Part shown: positions 40,701 through 57,184 of the stretch, piece by piece | Layout: the number at the start of each line of letters is the position of its first letter | Position numbering within the stretch: the first letter of the stretch is position 1 | Assembly (NCBI GenBank): GCA_964016885.1 | Contig: OZ024741.1 | Coordinates: 385,888,001 to 385,952,000 of the forward strand | Reading direction: 5' to 3' | Length of the DNA stretch: 64,000 bases | Origin: Eledone cirrhosa | Taxonomy: Eukaryota | Translations under genes and position numbers: made by a program | Notes under the pieces: generated by a model | Told to the model about the DNA's origin: nothing | Databases searched by the model: none | The model's input: the letters and a program-made list of their open reading frames with translations, nothing else

Positions 40701-42086
40701 AGGCTATAACAGTGGAGTTCAAGACCGGCTGCCCATGGGAACTCCTATACGCAGATGATCTAACGCTCATAGATGAATCAATGGCCGAGCTAGAGAAGAA
40801 ATTCCAAACATGGAAGCACGGCCTAGAATCAAAAGGCCTTAAAATTAACCTGGCTAAGACTAAAGTTCTAGTTTGTAAGAAAGAAAATAAGGCGGCGGTC
40901 CCCTCCGGGAAGTGGCCTTGCGCAGAGTGTAGGAAAGGCGTAGGTAGAAATTCCATTTTGTGTCCCAAATGCAAAGTTTGGGTGCATAAAAGATGTAGTG
41001 GGATCACAGGTAAGCTAACTAAGAACATAGATTTTACATGTGGCCGGTGTTCTGGGGCAATAAGTAGCAGCAAGTGCCCACAAAATACTAGCTCTTTCAA
41101 CTGCGCAGAGGGTTCTATAGAAATAGTGGACAGCTTCCGTTACCTGGGTGACAAAATCAGCAGTGGGGGAGGGTGCTCTGAAAGTACAGTAGCTAGAGTC
41201 AGAACTGGGTGGAAAAAGTTCAGAGAGCTTATACCACTATTAGCCGCTAAAGGGTTCTCCCTAAAAATGAAAGGCAGGTTGTACGATGCCTGCATACGAA
41301 CAGCAATGTTGCATGGCAGTGAGACCTGGGCATTGTGTGCAGAGGATATACGCAGACTAGAGAGAAACGAAGCTTGCATGCTCCGCTGGATGTGTAATAG
41401 TAATATACGTGAACGACAAAGCATAAACGAACTAAGGAAAAAATTAGAAATAAGAGGGATCAGATGTTGTTTACTCGAGAGAAGGCTACGTTGGTATGGT
41501 CACGTGATGCGCATGAAGGACGATAGCTGTATAACAAAGTGCAGGGCAATAAAGATAGACGGTAGCCACGGAATAGGCAGACCCAGAAAAACCTGGGACG
41601 AGCTGATAAACTCCGACCTCACACACTTACACCTCACCAAGACAATGTCACTGGACCGAGACCTTTGGCGGTACTCAGTAATAGAGAAGACCCGCTTTAC
41701 CTAAATACAAAGTAAAACCTACTACAGTCAGTAGGCATCTCTAACAAAATACACCCCCGTCCCCCCACCCCATCCACACCGCCCCCTTCTATGTAAAGTT
41801 ATGTTGGTGCCACACCATCCAGGCCGAAACAAATGAGATCGTGTAGGTGTCACGACAAAAAAACACACAGTCCACGCTGTAATGTGGCCGTGTAGGCAAC
41901 ACGGTAAAAACCTCCCAGCCCCACACTGTAAATGTGGTTGGTGTTAGGAAGGGCATCCAACTGTAGAAAACCCGCCAGACTGTCCTATGCGAGCAAGACA
42001 ACCTCTCTTGCCTCAAGTGGGAAAACCCCCGTCCAAACCCATGCAAGCGTGGAACACGGACGTTAAACGTTGATGATGATGATGAT
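37795..42086 (+). mobile_element. Apparently full-length RTE-clade LINE, family A (5' UTR, single ORF, 3' UTR, (GAT)n tail)
   Basis: Bounded by TA repeats. The 5' region has a ~58-bp direct repeat (37803-37860 and 38300-38357). Tail cgttaaacgttgatgatgatgat. The 5' boundary is approximate. Confidence 0.9.
38474..41704 (+). CDS. RTE LINE ORF, 1076 aa: APE endonuclease, reverse transcriptase, PHD finger
   Basis: APE motifs [44 protein letters not shown] motifs [30 protein letters not shown]4HC3 finger at 40919-41050. Confidence 0.95.
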   Translation: MEGLRSSGELKREKSGRSATMPKLKTNTPRGRECEHASLFRPRMANITPSPPAPHLSHPPNAIQNFRFGTLNVGTLKGRSNEVVEMLERKEVDVCCIQETRWRGGSARFIVGRKRCYKLFWVGNDNGLGGVGIMVAEKWADKIIDVNRVNDRIIKIRLVLNRTTVTVISAYAPQSGLPSTIKDRFYETLMLTTSQITDSDYIIIAGDLNGHVGQHCDGYDEIHGGYGFGTRNEEGSRILEFCDANNLTICNTNFKKRDNHLITYRSGEHTSQVDYILTRRRDKVTVVNTKSLPHEECTSQHRLIISDLIVRTRRTRQQKRTILRRKIWKLKDPTAKNKFQSILLDAFDSKEEQLESYKVEEQWEFLKANLLTAADEVCGWSRPVGRRRVTWWWNSKVEGSIKAKKQAWKVWRDGGSREDYQVARREARRQVYFARREAEERKFKHVLQREDQKREVFRIARQCVKENSDIVGEKCVLNDDGVLAITDADKKVAWKCHYERLLNEENKWEKDSLPHIDPIEGPAVLVGGSIISKAIKDMKTGKAAGPSEIVAEMLKASGTVGHTMVTRIVNQVIQNGVVPKDWRSSIIVNCYKGKGDALDRSNYRGIKLIDQVMKVTEKVIAQLIRERIDLDEMQFRFVSGKSTTDALFIVRQLQEKYLAKSKPLYLAFVDLEKAFDRVPRSIIWWALRKLGVDEWLVRAIQAMYKETVSKVRINNEYSEEFSVKVGVHQGSVLSPLLFIIALQAITVEFKTGCPWELLYADDLTLIDESMAELEKKFQTWKHGLESKGLKINLAKTKVLVCKKENKAAVPSGKWPCAECRKGVGRNSILCPKCKVWVHKRCSGITGKLTKNIDFTCGRCSGAISSSKCPQNTSSFNCAEGSIEIVDSFRYLGDKISSGGGCSESTVARVRTGWKKFRELIPLLAAKGFSLKMKGRLYDACIRTAMLHGSETWALCAEDIRRLERNEACMLRWMCNSNIRERQSINELRKKLEIRGIRCCLLERRLRWYGHVMRMKDDSCITKCRAIKIDGSHGIGRPRKTWDELINSDLTHLHLTKTMSLDRDLWRYSVIEKTRFT

Positions 42087-42198
42087 ATATATATATAACG
42101 AAGGAAATGTGGTGGACCATAACGCACCAAAGTACTCAATACTTAGGGTAGTAGAGTGGGTAATAGGAACGCGTAGGATCCCGACGGCTGAGCTCGTT

Positions 42199-42239
<41 letters not shown>

Positions 42240-42316
42240 ATTGAAAGCAAATTTTGTTTGCTTTCAAGAAACCACTGGTAAATGAAATAATTACCTTATG
42301 TTGTTTATTACATAAC

Positions 42317-42367
<51 letters not shown>

Positions 42368-42369
<2 letters not shown>

Positions 42370-42704
42370 CATCATCATCATCATTTTACGTCCGCTTTCC
42401 CTGCTTGCAAGGGTGGGACGGGAACTGATTCTGGCTTGATTTCTACAGCTGGATGCCCTTCCTAACACCAACCTCATTTACAGTGAGTGCTGGGTGCTTT
42501 TTGCCGTGGCACCTCCACGACCACTTTGCAGTGGAATGGTAGGGATTCGAGTCCCTATCATCTCATTTCTACAGCTGAGTAAACTGGAGCAATGTGAAAT
42601 AAAGTGTCTTGCTCAAGGAAACAACACATCACCCGGTCTGAGAATTGAACTCACAATCTTTCGATTGCAAGCCCAATGCTCTAACCACTAAGCCATGTGC
42701 CCCC
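42368..42704 (-). mobile_element. tRNA/CORE-type SINE family 2
   Basis: Reverse complement of 42892-43239, in head-to-head orientation with it. Confidence 0.9.
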
Positions 42705-42707
42705 ATG

Positions 42708-42747
<40 letters not shown>

Positions 42748-42841
42748 TTTATATATCTATATATATATATGTATGTATATATGTATACATAGATTTATAT
42801 ATGTGTATATATATATGTATGTATATATGTATATATATATT

Positions 42842-42874
<33 letters not shown>

Positions 42875-42891
42875 ATATACATATATATATT

Positions 42892-43239
42892 GGAGGCACA
42901 TGGCTTAGTGGTTAGAGCATTGGCCTTGCAATCGAGAGGTTGTGAGTTCAATTCTCAGACTGGGTGATGTGTTGTTTCTTTGAGCAAGACACTTTATTTC
43001 ACGTTGCTCCAGTTTACTCAGCTGTAGAAATGAGATGATAGGGACTGGGGTCCATATCATTCCACTGCAAAGTGGTCATGGAGGTGCCATGGCAAAAAAG
43101 CACCCAGCACTCACTGTAAATGAGGTTGGTGTTAGGAAGGGCATCCGGCTGTAGAAATCAAGCCAGAATCAGTTCCCATCCCACCCTTGCAAGCAGGGAA
43201 AAGGCGGACGTAAAATGAAATGATGATGATGATGATGAT
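42892..43239 (+). mobile_element. tRNA/CORE-type SINE family 2 with RTE 3' tail
   Basis: A box tggcttagtgg, B box gagttcaattc. CORE-like segment ctttgagcaagacactt...ccagtttactcagctgtagaaatg. 3' part matches the RTE-B UTR and ends in (GAT)n. Confidence 0.9.
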
Positions 43240-43277
43240 ATATATGTATATATGTATGTGTATATATATATATGTGT

Positions 43278-45914
<2,637 letters not shown>

Positions 45915-45915
<1 letters not shown>

Positions 45916-47488
45916 ATTGTTATACTTTGGGAGGGTCATGTTGCCAATAAGAAACACACGCACCAGTTGCTTTCACTTCAATTTATTATATATTTATAAA
46001 TTTATAAATTTACAAATCTACAAACTTATAAATTTCTGGTTGGTTGGTTGGTTCCACAACCAGATAGTTGTTTATATATATAGTCATAGTCCTTTCGTCA
46101 CACACTCTGTGACCTCTTCAGTGACTGGGGATTCCTTTCTTCTCTTCGTTTCTGTGCCTTTTCTTTCTTCTATCCTACGCCATTTTGTTTCTGTGTGTGT
46201 GTTGTGTGCTCAGTTTGCGCATGTGCCACATCCGGGTGTCTGTGTGTGTTTGTGTTCATTTTTCTATTTGTTTATTTATTTATTTATTTATTGTTGGTTG
46301 GTTGTTTGTTCTATGTGTGTGTGTGTTTTCATTTTCTCCTGTGTGTGTTTTCATTTTGTGTGTGTTTTCAATTGTAAGTTGTTTGTTCTATGTGTGTGTG
46401 TGTTTTCATTTTGTCCTTAATTGTAAGTTGTGATGTTGCTGTTCCACTCGTAATTTCTATTTAATTTTGGTTTTAATTCTTTTATGCTTACTGCCTCTGT
46501 AATTTGCCTAAACATTGCGTCTTTTCTGTGCGTGGATTCTATTCTTATTTCTATGCTCTCTAATCTACCCCTGTGTTCTATCTTAGCATGTTGGTAGAGC
46601 ACAGATGATTCTTTATTATCTTGGAGGTCTCGCCAGTGTTCATTTATTCGTTCCCCTATACTACGAGCTGTCTCACCTATGTACACTATATTTTTGTTTC
46701 TACATTGTTCTTCAGTACATCTTATGCTATACACTACATTTCTAGTTTTACAGTTTATATGGGGGCTTATTTTACAGGTTATACATTTCTTATCTATACA
46801 TGAGGGTCTTTGGAACGGGTATGTCTTGCTAATAAGTGTTTTTACGGAGGTACCAGGTCTTTCTACTATCTTAATATTGAGATTATGTTTCTTTAGGGCC
46901 CTTCTAAATTTGTAGGCTAGTTCGCCTCTAGGGGTTGTATTGATGAACATTACACTCTGGTATTTATTGCTATCATACCATGAGTTTATTCTATTGGCCT
47001 TGTTCTTAGTTCTTTCTATTTTATTCCAAAATTTGCTCCTATACAAGGGGCAGGTCCCATTTATGTCATTATTTACCATTTTTTTCCATTTGGTTCTGGC
47101 TCCTTTATACACTCTGATTCTATCTCTCTGATTGTAGCCAGAGAACTGCATACGGTGGATGAAGTGTTGTATGTGTCTCTCTAGTTCTTCGGGGTTGCAC
47201 ATGCGGGACACATTTCTCATCACCCGTACCAAATCCGCAATCAGTATGTTGATTTTGGTATGGTCCGAAATGGCCGAGTTTCGGTGGATCAGATGTTTGG
47301 AAGTCATGGGTTTGGCATAATGGGAATGGAGGATTTGTTTTTGGTTGTTAATGGTATCTAACCAGAGCTCTGTGTCTAGTACAGGTGCGTGTGTTTCTTA
47401 TTGGCAACATGACCCTCCCAAAGTATAACAATATCGGTTTCAACACACGATTTCAGATAAAGAATCTTGCTAAACAAATTCAGAAACG

Positions 47489-47490
<2 letters not shown>
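45915..47490 (-). mobile_element. Penelope-like element copy 1 (5'-truncated; RT thumb, linker, GIY-YIG; 3' pseudo-LTR) with an inverted pLTR segment at 47383-47490
   Basis: ORF 47307-46417 (296 aa) has the CxxxxCxxC linker and VVYSIRC..YIGETAR..ER..EH GIY-YIG motif. Near-identical to copy 2. Confidence 0.92.
46082..46126 (-). ncRNA. Minimal type I hammerhead ribozyme in PLE pseudo-LTR (copy 1)
   Basis: Minus strand: AGTCA-CTGAAGA-G GTCAC agagtgt GTGAC-GAAA-GGAC-TA-TGACT. Confidence 0.8.
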
Positions 47491-49430
<1,940 letters not shown>

Positions 49431-51069
49431 AAAACACAATGAGAAAAACACAATGGAAAGCATCCAGCAAATGGCAAACTCCATCCACCAGAGCATTAGA
49501 GTTACTATAGACTACCCAAGTAGACACCCCAACCATCGATTACCTGTACTAGACACAGAGCTCTGGTTAGATACCATTAACAACCAAAAACAAATCCTCC
49601 ATTCCCATTATGCCAAACCCATGACTTCCAGACATCTGATCCACCGAAACTCGGCCATTTCGGACCATACCAAAATCAACATACTGATTGCGGATTTGGT
49701 ACGGGTGATGAGAAATGTGTCCCGCATGTGCAACCCCGAAGAACTAGAGAGACACATACAACACTTCATCCACCGTATGCAGTTCTCTGGCTACAATCAG
49801 AGAGATAGAATCAGAGTGTATAAAGGAGCCAGAACCAAATGGGAAAAAATGGTAAATAATGACATAAATGGGACCTGCCCCTTGTATAGGAGCAAATTTT
49901 GGAATAAAATAGAAAGAACTAAGAACAAGGCCAATAGAATAAACTCATGGTATGATAGCAATAAATACCAGAGTGTAATGTTCATCAATACAACCCCTAG
50001 AGGCGAACTAGCCTACAAATTTAGAAGGGCCCTAAAGAAACATAATCTCAATATTAAGATAGTAGAAAGACCTGGTACCTCCGTAAAAACACTTATTAGC
50101 AAGACATACCCGTTCCAAAGACCCTCATGTATAGATAAGAAATGTATAAGCTGTAAAATAAGCCCCCATATTAACTGTAAAACTAGAAATGTAGTATATA
50201 GCATAAGATGTACTGAAGGACAATGTAGAAACAAAAATATAGTGTACATAGGTGAGACAGCTCGTAGTATAGGGGAACGAATAAATGAACACTGGCGAGA
50301 CCTCCAAGATAGTAAAGAATCATCTGTGCTCTACCAACATGCTAAGATAGAACACAGGGGTAAATTAGAGAGCATAGAAATAAAAATAGAATCCACACAC
50401 AAGAAAGACGCAATGTTTAGGCAAATTACAGAGGCAGTAAGCATAAAAGAATTAAAACTAAAATTAAATAGAAAATATGAGTGGAACAGCAACATCACAA
50501 CTTACAATTAAGGACAAAATGAAAACACACACACACATAGAACAAACAACTTACAATTGAAAACACACACAAAATGAAAACACACACAAGACAAAATGAA
50601 AACACACACACACATAGAACAAACAACCAACCAACAATAAATAAATAAATAAACAAACAAATATAAATAGAAAAATAGAAAAATGAACACAAACACACAC
50701 AGACACCCGGATGTGGCGCATGCGCAAACTGAGCACGCAACCCACACACAAACAAAATGGCGTAGGATAGAAGAAAGGAAAGGCACAGAAACGAAGAAAG
50801 AAATCCCCAGTCACTGAAGAGGTCACAGAGTGTGTGACGAAAGAACTATGACTATATATATATAAACAACTATCTGGTTGTGGAACCAACCAACCAACCA
50901 GAAATTTATAAATTTGTAAATTTATAAATATATAATAAATTAAATTGAAGTGAAAGCAACTGGTGCGTGTGTTTCTTATTGGCAACATGACCCTCCCAAA
51001 GTATAACAATATCGGTTTCAACACACGATTTCAGATAAAGAATCTTGCTAAACAAATTCAGAAACGAAA
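49431..51069 (+). mobile_element. Penelope-like element copy 2 (5'-truncated; ORF 49453-50511; 3' pseudo-LTR)
   Basis: LPVLD, HYAKPM, RMQFSGY, PLYR, Cys-rich linker and GIY-YIG motifs. The 3' UTR has caaaatgaaaacacacac repeats and a hammerhead. Flanked by (TA)n. Confidence 0.93.
50809..50853 (+). ncRNA. Minimal type I hammerhead ribozyme in PLE pseudo-LTR (copy 2)
   Basis: AGTCA-CTGAAGA-G GTCAC agagtgt GTGAC-GAAA-GAAC-TA-TGACT; cleavage triplet CUA. Confidence 0.8.
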
Positions 51070-52792
<1,723 letters not shown>

Positions 52793-53124
52793 ATCATTTC
52801 ATTTTACGTCCGCTTTTCCCTGCTTGCAAGGGTGGGGCGGGAACTGGTTTTGGCTTGATTTCTACAGCTGGATGCCCTTCCTAACACCAACCTCATTTAC
52901 AGTGAGTGCTGGGTGCTTTTTTGCCGTGGCACCTCAACGACCACTTTGCAGTGGAATGATAGGGACCCCAGTCCCTATCATCTCATTTCTACAGCTGAAT
53001 AAACTGGAGCAATGTGAAATAAAGTGTCTTGCTCAAGGAAACAACACACCACCCGGTCTGAGAATTGAACTCACAACCTTTCGATTGCAAGGCCAATGCT
53101 CTAACCACTAAGCCATGTGCCTCC
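52793..53124 (-). mobile_element. tRNA/CORE-type SINE family 2
   Basis: Reverse complement of 42892-43239, flanked by (TA)n. Confidence 0.9.
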
Positions 53125-53277
53125 ATATATATATATATATATATATATATATCTATATATATCTATATATATATATATATATATATCTATATCTATATAT
53201 ATATATATATATATCTATATATATATATATCTATATATATATATATATCTATCTATATATATATATATATATATCTA

Positions 53278-53324
<47 letters not shown>

Positions 53325-53374
53325 ATATATATATATATATATATATATATCTATATATATATATCTATATATAT

Positions 53375-56300
53375 ATAGAACTACGGTGACAGTAATATCT
53401 GCGTACGCACCCCAATCCGGACTGCCCGGCACTATAAAAGACAGATTCTATGAGACACTGATGCTAACTACCTCCCAAATATCCGACAGTGACTATATAA
53501 TTATCGCAGGCGACCTAAATGGTCACGTTGGACAACATTGTGACGGCTACGACGAAATCCATGGAGGCTATGGGTTTGGTACTAGAAATGAGGAAGGCTC
53601 CAGAATCCTGGAATTCTGTGATGCAAATAACCTAACTATCTGTAACACTAACTTCAAAAAACGTGACAATCACCTGATCACCTATAGATCCGGGGAACAC
53701 ACAAGCCAGGTAGATTATATCCTTACCAGAAGACGTGACAGAGTGTCTGTTGTTAACACTAAATCCCTCCCCCATGAAGAATGCACCTCCCAACATAGAC
53801 TGATAATTAGCGACCTCATAGTCAGGACGAGACGTACTCGACAACAGAAGAGGACTATCCTCAGGAGGAAAATATGGAAGCTAAAGGACCCCACAGCCAG
53901 GAATAAATTTCAAAGCATATTACTTGATGCTTTCGACAGTAAGGAAGAACATTTAGAGTCGGACAATATAGAGGGAGAGTGGGAATTTCTGAAAGCAAAC
54001 CTGCTGTTGGCGACAGACGAGGTCTGTGGCTGGAGCAGGCCTGTAGGCAGGAGGAGAGTAACATGGTGGTGGAACAGTAAGGTGGAGGGGTCAATTAAGG
54101 CCAAAAAGCAGGCTTGGAAAGTATGGCGGGATGGGGGAAGTAGAGAGGACTATCAAGTGGCCAGGAGGGAAGCTAGGAGACAAGTGTACTTAGCAAGAAG
54201 GGAAGCTGAGGAAAGAAAGTTCAAGCATGTTCTACAACGCGATGACCAAAAACGTGAGGTGTTCAGGATTGCTAGGCAATGCGTCAAGGAAAACCGTGAT
54301 ATTGTCGGGGAGAAGTGTGTACTAAACGACGATGGCACACTTGCCATCACCGACGCTGATAAGAAGGTAGCTTGGAAGTGTCACTATGAAAGGCTTCTAA
54401 ATGAGGAGAATAATTGGGAGAAAGGCAGTCTCCCCCATATCGACCCAATAGAGGGACCAGCAGTGTTAGTCGAGGGGAGTATAATAAGTAAGGCAATCAA
54501 GGATATGAAGACTGGTAAGGCGGCTGGGCCTTCGGAAATAGTTGCTGAGATGCTGAAGGCATCTGGCACGGTGGGACACACCATGGTCACCCGCATAGTT
54601 AACCAAGTCGTACAAAACGGGGTTGTTCCGAAGGACTGGCATAGCAGCATCATCGTTAACTGTTATAAGGGTAAAGGAGACGCCCTAGATAGGAGTAACT
54701 ATAGAGGCATTAAATTAATCGACCAGGTCATGAAGGTCACGGAAAGAGTAATAGCGCAACTAATCAGAGAGAGAATTGACCTAGATGAAATGCAGTTCGG
54801 GTTTGTGTCAGGCAAAAGTACCACAGACGCTCTTTTCATAGTACGACAACTACAAGAGAAGTACCTAGCTAAAGGTAAACCCCTCTACTTAGCTTTTGTC
54901 GACTTGGAGAAAGCCTTCGACAGAGTCCCCCGCTCCATTATCTGGTGGGCTCTTAGAAAACTAGGCGTTGACGAATGGCTTGTGAGGGCTATACAAGCCA
55001 TGTATAAAGAAACAGTCAGCAAGGTTAGAATTAACAACGAATATAGTGAAGAGTTTAGCGTAAAAGTCGGCGTCCATCAGGGCTCTGTTCTCAGTCCACT
55101 ACTATTTATTATTGCCCTTCAGGCCATAACAGAGGAGTTCAAGACAGGCTGCCCATGGGAACTCCTATACGCAGACGACCTGACACTCATAGCGGAATCA
55201 ATGGCCGAGCTAGAGAAGAAATTCCAAACATGGAAGCACGGCCTAGAGTCAAAAGGACTTAAAATTAACCTGGCTAAGACCAAAGTACTAGTTTGTAGGA
55301 AAGAAAACAAGGCGGCGGTCCCTTCTGGGAAATGGTCGTGCTCGGTGTGTAGGAAAGGCGTAGGTAGAAACTCCATTTTATGTCCTAAATGCAAAGTATG
55401 GGTGCATAAAAGATGTAGTGGGATCACAGGTAGGCTAACTAAGAACATAGATTTTACATGTGGCCGGTGCTCTGGTGCAATAAGTAGCAGCAAGTGCCCA
55501 CAAACTACTAGCTCTTTCAATTGCGCAGAGGGTTCTATAGAAATAGTGGACAGCTTCCGTTACCTGGGCGATAAAATCAGCAGTGGGGGAGGGTGCTCTG
55601 AAAGTACTGTAGCTAGAGTCAGAACTGGTTGGAAAAAGTTCAGAGAGCTTATACCACTATTAGCTGCTAAAGGGTTCTCACTAAAAATGAAAGGCAGGTT
55701 GTACGATGCCTGCATACGAACAGCAATGCTGCATGGCAGTGAGACCTGGGCATTGTGTGCAGAGGATATACGCAGACTAGAGAGGAACGAAGCTTGCATG
55801 CTCCGCTGGATGTGTAACAGTAATATACGTGAACGGCAAAGCATAAACGAACTAAGGAATAAATTAGAGATAAGAGGGATCAGATGTTGTTTACTCGAGA
55901 GAAGGCTACGTTGGTATGGACACGTGATGCGCATGAAAGTCGATAGCTGTATAACAAAGTGCAGGGCAATAAAGATAGACGGTAGTCACGGAATAGGCAG
56001 ACCTAGAAAAACCTGGGACGAGCTGATAAACTCCGACATCACACACTTACACCTCTCCAAGACAATGTCACTGGACCGAGACCTTTGGCGGTACTCAGTA
56101 ACAGAGAAGACCCGCCTTACCTAAATATATAGTAAAACCTACTCCAGCCAGTAGGCATCTCTAACAAATACACCCCGTCCCACCACCCCCACCCGATCCA
56201 CACCACCCCGTTCTATGTAAAGTTATGTTGGTGCCGCGCCATCGAGGCCGAAACAAATGAGATCGTGTAGGTGTCACGACAAAAAAACACACAGTCCACG

Positions 56301-56520
56301 CTGTAATGTGGCCGTGTAGGCAACACGGTAAAAACCTCCCAGACCCACACTGTAAATGTGGTTGGTGTTAGGAAGGGCATCCAACTGTAGAAAAACCTGC
56401 CAGACAGTCCTATGCGAGCAAGACAATCACTCTTGCCTCAAGTGGGACTACCCCCGTCCAAACCCATGCAAGCGTGGAACACGGACGTTAAACGTTGATG
56501 ATGATGATGATGATGATGAT
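53375..56520 (+). mobile_element. 5'-truncated RTE LINE family A, copy 2 (open frame to 56124)
   Basis: Co-linear with 38955-42086, starting mid-EN at [13 protein letters not shown]. The first ~100 aa of the ORF-track call are TA-repeat read-through. Confidence 0.95.
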
Positions 56521-56563
56521 ATATCTATATATATATATATATCTCTCTCTATATATATATATA

Positions 56564-56984
56564 TATCATCATCATCATCATCATCATCAACGTTTAACGT
56601 CCGTGTTCCACGCTTGCATGGGTTTGGACGGGGGTAGTCCCACTTGAGGCAAGAGTGATTGTCTTGCTCGCATAGGACTGTCTGGCAGGTTTTCTACAGT
56701 TGGATGCCCTTCCTAACACCAACCACATTTACAGTGTGGGTCTGGGAGGTTTTTACCGTGTTGCCTACACGGCCACATTACAGCGTGGACTGTGTGTTTT
56801 TTTGTCGTGACACCTACATGATCTCATTTGTTTCGGCCCGGATGGCGCGGCACCAACATAACTTTACATAGGACGGGGTGGTGTGGATGGGGTGGGGGTG
56901 GTGGTGGTGGGACGGGGTGTATTTTGTTAGAGATGCCTACTGGCAAGGCGGGTCTTCTCTGTTACTGAGTACCGCTAAAGGTCT
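56564..56984 (-). mobile_element. RTE family A 3' end, antisense, tail-to-tail with copy 2, cut by the assembly gap
   Basis: Reverse complement of about 56080-56520 with a small deletion after the stop region. Confidence 0.9.
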
Positions 56985-57184
56985 NNNNNNNNNNNNNNNN
57001 NNNNNNNNNNNNNNNNNNNNNNNNNNNNNNNNNNNNNNNNNNNNNNNNNNNNNNNNNNNNNNNNNNNNNNNNNNNNNNNNNNNNNNNNNNNNNNNNNNNN
57101 NNNNNNNNNNNNNNNNNNNNNNNNNNNNNNNNNNNNNNNNNNNNNNNNNNNNNNNNNNNNNNNNNNNNNNNNNNNNNNNNNNNN
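56985..57184. other. Assembly gap (200 N)
   Basis: N run; the true length is unknown. Confidence 0.99.

Noticed and set aside
42892-42965. tRNA gene
   Set aside because: A and B boxes are present, but it is the head of a multi-copy SINE and has no convincing cloverleaf.
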